A DNA stretch of 38,447 nucleotides from Candidatus Micrarchaeaceae archaeon (GTDB taxonomy: Archaea > Micrarchaeota > Micrarchaeia > Micrarchaeales > Micrarchaeaceae): positions 1 through 38,447 of the forward strand of contig JBEKES010000003.1 in the NCBI GenBank assembly GCA_050013715.1. Direction: 5' to 3'. The translations under genes were made by a program, and so were the position numbers. The notes under the pieces are model-generated. The model ran no database searches. It saw only the letters and a list, made by a program, of their open reading frames with translations, and was not told the origin of the DNA. Of the stretch, positions 25,322 to 34,447 are shown piece after piece (the stretch's first letter is position 1; every line of letters begins with the position of its first letter).

Positions 25322-27724
25322 TTGAGGGGTAAATTTGTAATACCAATTACCACACTAATCCTATCAGCTTTGCTATTCACAATCTTAACAAGTACAACAA
25401 GCTATGCCGTAGGTGGATGCTTACCTGGCAATGCAATTGTTAATACAATAGTCTTAGTAAATAATACAAATGGAGGAGCAGCAACTTCAAACAATTTCAC
25501 AGTTCAATTAACAAGAGGGTGTACTGCCTCTCCTACAACCTTTCCGGGCAATTCAAATGGTACTCTAGTAAACTTTAGTTCATACGGACGCTATACTTTT
25601 AATGAATCATTCATACCAAACGGTTATGCACTAACAAGTGCAGTAAACTGCACAGGCACACAAGCAAACAATTCATATATAACCTGCACATTTACGGATC
25701 ATGATCTCCCTGCAAATATAGAGATTATTGTATATGTGGACAACACAGCTGGAGGCAATGCAACTGCAAATAACTTCACAGTATATGTAAATGGAAATTC
25801 TCCATCTAATTCTTCGTTTCCAGGAAACAGCAGCGGCACTGAAATAAGCATAAAGCAGGGTGCGTATAACATAACGGAATCACAGTTGCCTAATTACAAT
25901 GAAAGCTCAATAAACTGCGAGGGCAACATATATGTTGGTCAGAGCCTTACATGCATTATAATTGACACCTATGTGGTTCCTATTACCACAACCACAACAA
26001 CTTCTTCTACAACCTCTTCAACAAGTACGTCTACAACTACTACAGCATCATCAACAACAACGATACCTGTTTTGAATATAACGCTATATTCATCAACCAA
26101 TGCAGTATATGTTGGAAGCAATGTAATATTTACAAATATTACTCTTGGAGGAATTCCCCCATATACTTATTCCTATGATGTAACCGGAGGTAGTTTCGAA
26201 ATAAATAATAATACAATAACTTTCCTGGAAACTGGCATATATAAGGTAAATGAAACAGTAATCGACTCAATCAACGATATGAATGTTTCAAATATTATAA
26301 ACATAACAGTTAATTCAACAACCTCGACTACAACAACATTATCAACGACCTCTTCAACAAGTTCAACAACCACTACTTCCACTGCTTCGTCTTCATCAAT
26401 GCTTTCAACAATTTCATCAACTACAACTTCAACAAGTTCATCAGCAACCACATCCTCTTCAACAACCTCATCTTCAACAACCTTATCCTCGACTAGCACC
26501 TCATCATCTATATCATCCACTGTCACAACATCCTCAACTACAACATCCACTTCATCAACAACTTCAACAAGTTCGACATCTCTATCTACAACTACTACAT
26601 CATCGACCTCAACAATACCCACAACCACAATTTCAACAACAATTCCAACAACTACAACTTCTACATCAACTATAGTTACGACAACGATTCCAACAACAAG
26701 CACAATAATATATACGACAACAATTCCAACAACTACAACTTCCACATATTCAACAACATCCACTTCAACCTCATCTACAACAACCAGGCCAACAACTTCA
26801 TATTCAACAAGCTCAACAACCTCAAGATCAACAACATCTTCAACTACCTGTGCAACAAGTTCTACAACTACTCACACAACATCAACGTCTACTACTCACT
26901 CTTCAACTAGCACATCTACCAGTTCAACAACCTCAAGACCAACAACTTCATATACGACAACAATTCCAACTACATCTTCAACAAGCGTGTCAACAACTAC
27001 GTCAAGGCCTACTACATCCACATCAACATATTCAACCACAAGCCAATCAACAACCAGTTCAAGTTATTATACTACAAGTTCAAGATCAACAACATCCACA
27101 TCAACATCTGCAACTACAACAATATGGAACAGATGCCCATCTGGCGGCAACGGAGGAACATTATCCATAACCGGAAGCAACCTGCATGAGTTTGTTCAAA
27201 TAACAAACCAAACCACTGTCACAATTACCGGCAGCTCGGACAACATAACAATAAATATGCCTGGACCCAACTGCGCCATTCAACTGATAGTTACCGGCAG
27301 TTCTAATCTGGTAAACGTGTACAACGGATCAATACAGTTGACATTGACCGGAAGTTCAAGCAGACTAACGCTTCATAATACTGTACTTACAAGCGAGCAG
27401 ATAACAGGAAGCTCTGACAACATACTCAACGGCATATTGAATGGAAGCTCAATGACACTTACGGGTAGCGGGAATCAGGTTCAAAGCTTCAAGGTACTGC
27501 ATCTTAATACATTGACAATAACCGGAAGCACAAGCAACATAATACTTAATTCAGTTACTAATTCGGTCATGGCAACAACTCTCACTGGAAGCTCAGATGT
27601 TGTATACATAGGCAATGCCACCATAACCCTTGATCTTACAGGTAGTTCTGACTCCATTTATGCTGTCAATACAATAATACTCAGCAGAACCATCACTGGC
27701 AGCAATGACCACATATATTCCTAA
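25322..27724 (+). CDS. Large mucin-like surface glycoprotein (Ig/prealbumin-like domains, Ser/Thr stalk, C-terminal beta-helix repeats)
   Basis: Signal peptide; two VxNxxGGxATxNNFTV...FPGNSxGT domains; PKD-like GGIPPYTYSY domain; ~270-aa S/T tract; about 12 (I/L)TGSxx repeats. Confidence 0.85.
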   Translation: MRGKFVIPITTLILSALLFTILTSTTSYAVGGCLPGNAIVNTIVLVNNTNGGAATSNNFTVQLTRGCTASPTTFPGNSNGTLVNFSSYGRYTFNESFIPNGYALTSAVNCTGTQANNSYITCTFTDHDLPANIEIIVYVDNTAGGNATANNFTVYVNGNSPSNSSFPGNSSGTEISIKQGAYNITESQLPNYNESSINCEGNIYVGQSLTCIIIDTYVVPITTTTTTSSTTSSTSTSTTTTASSTTTIPVLNITLYSSTNAVYVGSNVIFTNITLGGIPPYTYSYDVTGGSFEINNNTITFLETGIYKVNETVIDSINDMNVSNIINITVNSTTSTTTTLSTTSSTSSTTTTSTASSSSMLSTISSTTTSTSSSATTSSSTTSSSTTLSSTSTSSSISSTVTTSSTTTSTSSTTSTSSTSLSTTTTSSTSTIPTTTISTTIPTTTTSTSTIVTTTIPTTSTIIYTTTIPTTTTSTYSTTSTSTSSTTTRPTTSYSTSSTTSRSTTSSTTCATSSTTTHTTSTSTTHSSTSTSTSSTTSRPTTSYTTTIPTTSSTSVSTTTSRPTTSTSTYSTTSQSTTSSSYYTTSSRSTTSTSTSATTTIWNRCPSGGNGGTLSITGSNLHEFVQITNQTTVTITGSSDNITINMPGPNCAIQLIVTGSSNLVNVYNGSIQLTLTGSSSRLTLHNTVLTSEQITGSSDNILNGILNGSSMTLTGSGNQVQSFKVLHLNTLTITGSTSNIILNSVTNSVMATTLTGSSDVVYIGNATITLDLTGSSDSIYAVNTIILSRTITGSNDHIYS

Positions 27725-27784
27725 TTTTTTAGGAATTAGCAAAAGGTATTAATTAACCAAATCTAATCTAGATAAGATAAACAT

Positions 27785-27857
27785 GCGATTGTAGTCTAGC
27801 CTGGTAGGACGCAGGCTTGCCAAGTCTGCAACCCGGGTTCAAATCCCGGCAATCGCA
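27785..27857 (+). tRNA. tRNA-Gly(GCC)
   Basis: GCGATTG/CAATCGC acceptor stem, CAGGC-TTGCCAA-GTCTG anticodon arm, CCGGG-TTCAAAT-CCCGG T arm. Confidence 0.97.
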
Positions 27858-27937
27858 TCCTCGACGTCAAATCGACGGAAAATTTCCATAGAAAAGTTAT
27901 TATATTAAGAAATCCATAATAAAAATGTGATAAAATG
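27858..27937 (+). promoter_or_regulatory. Second copy of the post-tRNA module (TCGACG x2 + TATA + GTGAT)
   Basis: TCGACGTCAAATCGACG 3 nt after the tRNA-Gly end; homologous to 22661-22739. Confidence 0.7.
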
Positions 27938-28444
27938 GAGCAAAAAGCTAGATTACTACATCATGGACAAAATACAAAGTTAATCCAATATGGCACTATT
28001 ACTCTAATTCCAGAACGATTGGAACGCTCAGATGGTGACAGAAGAGTCGAAGAACTCGGATTAGAAAGGGCACCTGTGTCACTAATTACTAAAGAAGTAA
28101 ATGCAAACCCTGATCTTTTTGAGATGTTAAAATATGAACCAGTTCAAGCTGCAGAAATAGGTCTTAAAGGACCAGAAGCAAGCGCAGATCCAAGCTCTTT
28201 TGTATTATTTATAGGAGCTGGAAATGCAGTTCAAACTGTAGAACCTGATCATCAAGAACCAGCACATCAAAGGGTGCCACGAATTTATCCTGGTAATTTA
28301 CCTGTGATCGTATCTGCAAACTACCAGAATCATGAATACAGACTTGAAATTACTGCAACTTCTATTGAGTCTCGATGCTGGGTTGCTTGCATAACCAAAG
28401 AGGCAGAAGGACCAATTCCAATCGATAGCGTTTTGCGATCTTAG
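27935..28444 (+). CDS. Hypothetical protein (cargo behind tRNA-Gly)
   Basis: 169-aa ORF driven by the conserved module; no recognisable family. Confidence 0.7.
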   Translation: MEQKARLLHHGQNTKLIQYGTITLIPERLERSDGDRRVEELGLERAPVSLITKEVNANPDLFEMLKYEPVQAAEIGLKGPEASADPSSFVLFIGAGNAVQTVEPDHQEPAHQRVPRIYPGNLPVIVSANYQNHEYRLEITATSIESRCWVACITKEAEGPIPIDSVLRS

Positions 28445-28515
28445 TAAAAACATAAAACCTAGCCAAATAGCCAAACACAGCTGTATTTAAATAAATTTCC
28501 ATCCAACATTCTACG

Positions 28516-29604
28516 ATGGACAACTACGTTAAGCTTATACTTGCAGTTGTACTGGTAGCAATACTTGCCGTTGCCATAGTCAATTCCTCAGGCAAGGGCG
28601 TGTTATCCAGCATAAGGAATCCCAGCTTCACTTCCAGCAATAATGCTTCGACCATAGTAATAACTCCAGAAGGCATCGGTTATAATGTATCCAATATTAC
28701 GCTCATAAAGCAGTTCATCATAACAATGAACGGATCAATATTCAAATTATATGTTGCGCACATACTCTCTCCAAGCACAGCTGCAATAGGTTTGAATGGA
28801 TCCATATACTCCTTGACGCTTAACAAGCCGTTCCCTGTTAGAAAAGTAGGAAGAACTACCTTCTATGCTAAATTGACCGATTCCGCATATCTTGCGAACC
28901 CGCAAACCGTAAACATATATTTCTATCCTGTAACTCAGCCAATACCACCGATACTGAATTCTACCTATAATCTAACTAAATATGTGCCATTAATCTTTAA
29001 TATATCAAATACTGGCGCATCAATAAATATCACCTCATATGCTCTGGGTTCTGTAAACCTTGTTGTAACTAACATAACCAACTCAACAACAGCTCCTCAA
29101 AACTACAACCCTATTCTTGTTCTCAGCTTAAATACATCCAGCAATGTTAACATAACCGAATCATTGACAATCAAGTACCACTGCTTCCTGTCTCCCGGAG
29201 AGCTTGCACTATACGAGCTTGGGGCCAATGGAGCATGGATTCCAATAAATGCATTTACGGTAAATGCAACAGGATGCAGCGAAAGCACCAATATACCTCA
29301 AAAGCTTGCTGTTGTGGGCTTATTCCAGAATCAGCAGGGAGTTCCTACAATAAATTCAACTTCAGTAACAACATTGCCAACCACCATAGCCAGCTCAGTA
29401 TCAACAACAATACCGCAATCTGGATTAACCATATCAAGCTCCGAATTGGATGTGAGTGGGATAATAATACTTATCATAATACTAATAGCTGCTTACTACC
29501 TATTATCCAAAGGAAAGAAGGGCAAAGATAAGGAAGAGAATGGCACTAAAAAGCAGGATCAGAAACAGGCTCAAAAGCAAAATCAAAACAAGACAAACCA
29601 ATAG
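28516..29604 (+). CDS. Membrane-anchored surface protein
   Basis: N-terminal TM/signal, Asn/Thr-rich beta domains, C-terminal TM and Lys/Gln-rich tail. Confidence 0.8.
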   Translation: MDNYVKLILAVVLVAILAVAIVNSSGKGVLSSIRNPSFTSSNNASTIVITPEGIGYNVSNITLIKQFIITMNGSIFKLYVAHILSPSTAAIGLNGSIYSLTLNKPFPVRKVGRTTFYAKLTDSAYLANPQTVNIYFYPVTQPIPPILNSTYNLTKYVPLIFNISNTGASINITSYALGSVNLVVTNITNSTTAPQNYNPILVLSLNTSSNVNITESLTIKYHCFLSPGELALYELGANGAWIPINAFTVNATGCSESTNIPQKLAVVGLFQNQQGVPTINSTSVTTLPTTIASSVSTTIPQSGLTISSSELDVSGIIILIIILIAAYYLLSKGKKGKDKEENGTKKQDQKQAQKQNQNKTNQ

Positions 29605-29655
29605 CTAATTCTCTTGATAAGAAAACATAAATATCTGGAGAGCTAGAATACTATA

Positions 29656-30348
29656 GTGGATAAAATGATAAAACAGGCTGTTATACTCGCTGCAGGAAAA
29701 GGCAAAAGAATGAATGAAAACAGCACAGACCATAAACTAAAGACAATACCAAAACCGCTGCTTGATTTAAAAGGAAAGCCCATGATAGAGCACAAGATAA
29801 ATGGGCTTGTTGAAAATAATATCGAGATATGTACTGTGATAAATAAGAATGACGAGCATATTTTCAGGGAAAAACTAAAGCATTATGAAATAAACTATTG
29901 CTATCAGGATGAACCATTGGGGACTGGGAACGCATTATATGCAGCAAAGGATTTCGTAAAAGACGAACTTTTCCTTGTAATGATGGGCGATGACCTTACG
30001 GAATACAACATCAAAGAATTATCTGATGCAAAAGAACCTGCTGTTTTCGGATTCGAAGTTGAAGATGTTACTGGATACGGCGCATTGGTTGTAAACAACG
30101 GGATTGTTGATGGCATAATAGAGAAGCAATTATCCGGCAGAGGAATCATAAATACTGGAGTATTCATAATGCCAAAAGAGTTCTTTGATTACTACGATGA
30201 GATAAAGGCCATAGCGAAAAAGGAGATATTACTTACCGATGCACCTGAAATACTCTCTTTCCATGGCATAAAATTCAAGCTGAAAAAGCTTGACAGATGG
30301 TTCGGCATAAACACACCAGACGAACTCAACAGCGCCAATAGGCTATAG
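29656..30348 (+). CDS. Sugar-phosphate nucleotidyltransferase (GlmU/RmlA-like NTP transferase domain)
   Basis: AVILAAGKGKRM, PKPLL, QDEPLGTGNAL, MMGD, INTG, WFGINTPDEL. Confidence 0.9.
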   Translation: MDKMIKQAVILAAGKGKRMNENSTDHKLKTIPKPLLDLKGKPMIEHKINGLVENNIEICTVINKNDEHIFREKLKHYEINYCYQDEPLGTGNALYAAKDFVKDELFLVMMGDDLTEYNIKELSDAKEPAVFGFEVEDVTGYGALVVNNGIVDGIIEKQLSGRGIINTGVFIMPKEFFDYYDEIKAIAKKEILLTDAPEILSFHGIKFKLKKLDRWFGINTPDELNSANRL

Positions 30349-30454
30349 TACAAAACTACCGCTAATGAACTGTGTTAAACTCTTTTTAAGTCTTTTGGTT
30401 GTGATGTAGTATTTGTATTTCCATTTGGAAATACGACAGTTAAGGGGTGTTTAG

Positions 30455-30691
30455 ATGAGGAAAACAAGAAAAATCAAATTCAATATTAAATACGAGCACA
30501 GGGAGGTTTTGAATGATGTTAAGAACGTCATCATAAGCTATACTCCATTGTCTGGAATATACGATACTGCCAAATTCTTCAACAAATGGCTTTTCAAGAA
30601 GAAAAAAATCAACAAAGTTAGCAATCACATAGGCAGGAAGTATAGGATGTTCAGGCTTGAGCAAATGGCAAGAAAATACCATTCTCCATAG
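30455..30691 (+). CDS. Small basic hypothetical protein
   Basis: 78-aa ORF preceded by a GGGGTG RBS. Confidence 0.45.
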   Translation: MRKTRKIKFNIKYEHREVLNDVKNVIISYTPLSGIYDTAKFFNKWLFKKKKINKVSNHIGRKYRMFRLEQMARKYHSP

Positions 30692-30815
30692 GCGATAAAA
30701 CAGCCAAAATGCATTGTTTTTCTCAAAAAACTTCCGCTATTCCGCTATTCTTGCATATTAATCGCATATTTAAGAAGCAATCTATTGTTATGTAATTACG
30801 ACCAGCTTTACGAAT

Positions 30816-32693
30816 ATGCTAAACATCGGCAGGAGAGGAAACTACCGGACAAGGGCTATTTTCATAGTGCTTGTTCTGGTTAGCGTTGTCTCTGTCATAA
30901 GATTGCTAAGCACTGCAGATGCTCATCCGCTTGGATTCTCAATATATACCAATACGAGCACACTGCTTCCTAAATTCAAGACCTATTACGCCAATGCAAC
31001 CTCAAACGATACTTTGATTGATGATGCATACTCTCCAGTACCTAGGGCCTATCTTGACTATTGGCATGCTCCAGAAGCATTTAGCAGATTAATACTTGCA
31101 AACAACTACTCCGAGCTTACCAACACTACCTATAGCTTATATACAAACGATGTTCCCTTTGCGCAGGCATACAATTTCTCGCCCAATGACTACATGGGCT
31201 ATGATTCCGAGGACTGGGCGCTTACGCCCATAAACGAGCAGATAAACCAGGCCAATTATACCCAAATGGCATGCAACTACGTTCACAATGCTGGATACAA
31301 GTTTGCATTCACTCCAGAAATAGATGTTCCTGGCTGGGGCCAATTCAATGAAGTGAACTGGACCTGCGTGGATTTCCTTGACCTGCAGGAGCAGTTCCTT
31401 AGCGGCAATCCAAGCGCATTGGCGCAGAATGTTACTGAATTATTATCCGTTGCAAAGGGCGAAAACCCGAATCTAATAGTGTTTGTGCAATTGGACACTG
31501 CTGCAGGGAGCAAGTCCCTATTGGAAAGCGACATAAGCTCTTTATCGCAAATACCTGGCATAGACGGCGTAATACTACAGGAATTGTGCGACACGAACAG
31601 CTGCAATAGTACGCTTACCTCTCTTGTAAACTATGTCAAGAGCTTTACAAATACTACAACTTCATCAACCACAAGCTCAACAACTTCTACGACTTCTAGC
31701 TCTACATCTACCTCTTCAAGCTCAACTTCGTTAAATACGACATCTTCAACCTTGACAAATACGACTTCATCATCTACCTCATCATCCACATCATCGTCTA
31801 CATCTAGCTCTACTTCCACATCTGCATCTACATCGCGCACAACAACACAGCATACAACCAGCTCAACTGCAAGCACCTCAAGTACATCAAGCTCAACTTC
31901 CACGTCGCATACAACTAGTTCAACTGCAAGCACAACAGTATCGACAACTGCAACTACAACATCAACACCCACAACCACAATAAATAACGGCGGCGGAGGC
32001 GGCGGTGGAGGAAACGGAGGCGGATCCGGAGGTGGCGGAGGAGGCGGCGGTGGATCAGGAGGATCATCGTTACCTGTAGTGAATTACGTGAACAACTGCG
32101 CAGTAATAAGCAATGTCGCAGTGCCAAACAGCTTCAGCTTTACTGTTGCCAACGAAACATTCACGAATGTTGTGGACAATTATGTAGGTTCTAATTACAC
32201 AAGCGTCATAGTCAATGGTGTTACATACGTGTTAAACTTAAACACATCAGTTCAAGTGAGCGGATCAACAGACATGGAATTGGTTAATGTATCTTACTTG
32301 CCTATACTGCACAGCGTTACATTGAAGGCTTGTCCCATAAACAACAATCCTGTAAAACAAATTCTCAATTCAACTAATCAAAGTATACAAAGTGCAGAAT
32401 ACAATCCTACAAATTCATCTGGATTGGTGGTTAATGCTCCAACCAACTCTACAAAATTGACTTCTCCAGCAAATAACTCAAGCACAACAATTGCAAGCGC
32501 TGGTGTGTCTGGAAGTTTAAGCTCAAGCACAATCCCACAAACAAGTGTGGCTGCACCGCAGGGGACAGGAACATCCAGTACAAACTATACATGGATGATA
32601 TTATCAGGGTCGCTATTCGGCATAATGCTTATAGGATTCGCAACAGTGCGCTCGCAGATAATGTATACACCTGATCTTAGTCTGTCGCCGTAG
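30816..32693 (+). CDS. Surface glycoprotein with putative glycoside-hydrolase-like (TIM-barrel) domain, S/T linker, poly-Gly and C-terminal TM
   Basis: MGYDSEDW, VDFLDLQEQ, NPNLIVFVQL, IDGV strands suggest a (beta/alpha)8 domain; S/T and Gly tracts; C-terminal hydrophobic helix. Confidence 0.7.
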   Translation: MLNIGRRGNYRTRAIFIVLVLVSVVSVIRLLSTADAHPLGFSIYTNTSTLLPKFKTYYANATSNDTLIDDAYSPVPRAYLDYWHAPEAFSRLILANNYSELTNTTYSLYTNDVPFAQAYNFSPNDYMGYDSEDWALTPINEQINQANYTQMACNYVHNAGYKFAFTPEIDVPGWGQFNEVNWTCVDFLDLQEQFLSGNPSALAQNVTELLSVAKGENPNLIVFVQLDTAAGSKSLLESDISSLSQIPGIDGVILQELCDTNSCNSTLTSLVNYVKSFTNTTTSSTTSSTTSTTSSSTSTSSSSTSLNTTSSTLTNTTSSSTSSSTSSSTSSSTSTSASTSRTTTQHTTSSTASTSSTSSSTSTSHTTSSTASTTVSTTATTTSTPTTTINNGGGGGGGGNGGGSGGGGGGGGGSGGSSLPVVNYVNNCAVISNVAVPNSFSFTVANETFTNVVDNYVGSNYTSVIVNGVTYVLNLNTSVQVSGSTDMELVNVSYLPILHSVTLKACPINNNPVKQILNSTNQSIQSAEYNPTNSSGLVVNAPTNSTKLTSPANNSSTTIASAGVSGSLSSSTIPQTSVAAPQGTGTSSTNYTWMILSGSLFGIMLIGFATVRSQIMYTPDLSLSP

Positions 32694-32811
32694 TAATAAT
32701 TAAAGCAAACTCACATGCTACAAAAGTAATTGCTAATTTCCCTTACTGCCACAAATATCCAATGCTATAAAGCTTTTTATACAGATGCATATATACTTAA
32801 ATCGTGATTGT

Positions 32812-33774
32812 ATGGCCACGACCAGCCAAAACAAGAACACCACGACTAGGTATAAAACACTGGCACGACAGGAAAGCCAAGCAAATTCTGCAAAAGTAGA
32901 AGCACGAAGAAAGCTTTGGCAGCAGCCAAGGTACCAGCAAACCAGCATTAGCACTGCAACTCTTCAAAGAACCTCTATCAAAAAAAGAATGGAGCATCCA
33001 AGATCTCAAGAACTTTTTAGATCAATAGTTCCTGCTGAGCAAGCATTGAGAATACAGGACTTTGTTGACCGTGCCGAGAAGGCAAGCACAGTTGCATATA
33101 TTCCGCAGCTTCCTGGAGGACTTACCAAATTCGCATTCCAGAGCCAAGCAGAAATAGAATACAAGAATGCAATAGCACTCGCAGTAAAATACGGCGACCG
33201 CTTATTTGCTACTAAGCTAAAAATCAAAGTTGCAGAAAGATTCGAAAAAGAGAAAAAGCTAGAAGTTGCATTTGAATGGTCGAAGGTTTCCGGAGATCCT
33301 GAAACAATAACCAGAATAGGCATGAAGAACATAAATGATTACGAGCAGCGCGCCATATTCTTGCAAAGCAAAGTTTTCCTAAATAGAGCGGCTATGCTTG
33401 TATCAAAAGCTGTTACAGTAGCACTTGAAGTTGGAGACGAGAAGCTTGCAAAGGCAATAGTGCTAAGAGCTGCAAAAAGATACGAGGAATATGGTGATTC
33501 ATGCGAAAATAAAGGAATATTATCCAGAATCGTTGGCTTCGAATTAGGCCATATGAGGGCAATAAGATGGGGAACTAAATGCGGCAATAAGGATTATACA
33601 AGTAAACTAACGGATAAAGTTATAGAAAGATACAGAAATGACAATGCAGTAAACCTCCTTAGCCTGGTTAATGCTGTTCTTATGATGGATGCATTGCAGG
33701 TCAAAATCGTAAGGGCAATACTTGACAATAGGAAAGAATCCTATACTACATTGGTAGATGCTGAATCCGACTAA
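32812..33774 (+). CDS. Hypothetical alpha-helical repeat (TPR/SNAP-like) protein
   Basis: Repeated Ala-rich helices (AIALAVKYGD, AVTVALEVGD); start taken as MATTSQ. Confidence 0.65.
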   Translation: MATTSQNKNTTTRYKTLARQESQANSAKVEARRKLWQQPRYQQTSISTATLQRTSIKKRMEHPRSQELFRSIVPAEQALRIQDFVDRAEKASTVAYIPQLPGGLTKFAFQSQAEIEYKNAIALAVKYGDRLFATKLKIKVAERFEKEKKLEVAFEWSKVSGDPETITRIGMKNINDYEQRAIFLQSKVFLNRAAMLVSKAVTVALEVGDEKLAKAIVLRAAKRYEEYGDSCENKGILSRIVGFELGHMRAIRWGTKCGNKDYTSKLTDKVIERYRNDNAVNLLSLVNAVLMMDALQVKIVRAILDNRKESYTTLVDAESD

Positions 33775-33776
33775 CA

Positions 33777-34436
33777 ATGCAATCTAAAAAAGTTGAAAAG
33801 ATGGAAAGGAGAATCAACTGGTCAGGGCATACGTGGATTATAAAAACTGGCTATGAGGGCCCAGGCCCGAACAAATGGGCAGATGACAAGGAAAACGTAT
33901 ATCTCGATGATTCTGGGAATCTGCACTTAAAAATAATAAGCAAAAACGGAAGATGGTATTGCTCTGAAATATACGGCACAGAAACATTCGGCTACGGGAA
34001 GTACATCTTCGAAATAGAATCAGCTGCCAAATTAGCAGATAATGTTGTGCTTGGCATGTTCGTATATCAGAATGATGAGCAGGAAATAGACATCGAATTT
34101 AGCAGATGGGGAATACCTGGTTCTCCTAACATGGTTTTTGTGGTTCAGCAAACAACAGCAACAAAGGAGCACAACAATCCATATCATCATGAATTCTACA
34201 TAGATCAAAATGCCTCTTCAGTAAACCAGTTCTTCTGGTCAGATTCCGAGATTAGCTTCCAGACAAAGAGCAGCGATAATACAAAACAATGGAAATATCC
34301 TTTGGATTACATTCCTAAAACTGATAATGAGAAAGTTCACCTTAATTTATGGTTAGTAAAGGGAGACTCTCCTATCAATGGACAAGAACAGGAAGTAATA
34401 CTGAAAAGTTTCAGATTCGAGAAAGAAAAACACTAA
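33777..34436 (+). CDS. Glycoside hydrolase family 16-like protein
   Basis: Catalytic EIDIEF (ExDxE) motif; NVYLDDSGNLHLKI; FGYGKY. Confidence 0.8.
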   Translation: MQSKKVEKMERRINWSGHTWIIKTGYEGPGPNKWADDKENVYLDDSGNLHLKIISKNGRWYCSEIYGTETFGYGKYIFEIESAAKLADNVVLGMFVYQNDEQEIDIEFSRWGIPGSPNMVFVVQQTTATKEHNNPYHHEFYIDQNASSVNQFFWSDSEISFQTKSSDNTKQWKYPLDYIPKTDNEKVHLNLWLVKGDSPINGQEQEVILKSFRFEKEKH

Positions 34437-34447
34437 ATGTATATTGT

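Noticed and set aside
26173..26763. Val/Glu/Asp-rich minus-strand ORFs (also 31631-31978) and Gln/Leu-rich 26850-27170
   Set aside because: Antisense or alternate-frame artefacts of Ser/Thr codon repeats.
25980..27120. Repetitive ACA/TCA DNA as a possible CRISPR or satellite array
   Set aside because: Low-complexity coding sequence with no constant repeat-spacer period. No CRISPR array or cas gene was seen in the window.
28405..28445. Possible distal tRNA-Gly 3'-end copy (CAATCG) closing the tRNA-Gly cassette
   Set aside because: Only a 6-nt match inside coding sequence. No convincing distal att repeat was found for this unit or for the 22737 gene, which weakens their cassette boundaries.
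30732..30750. Short tandem TTCCGCTA x2
   Set aside because: Only two units, with no other copies seen.
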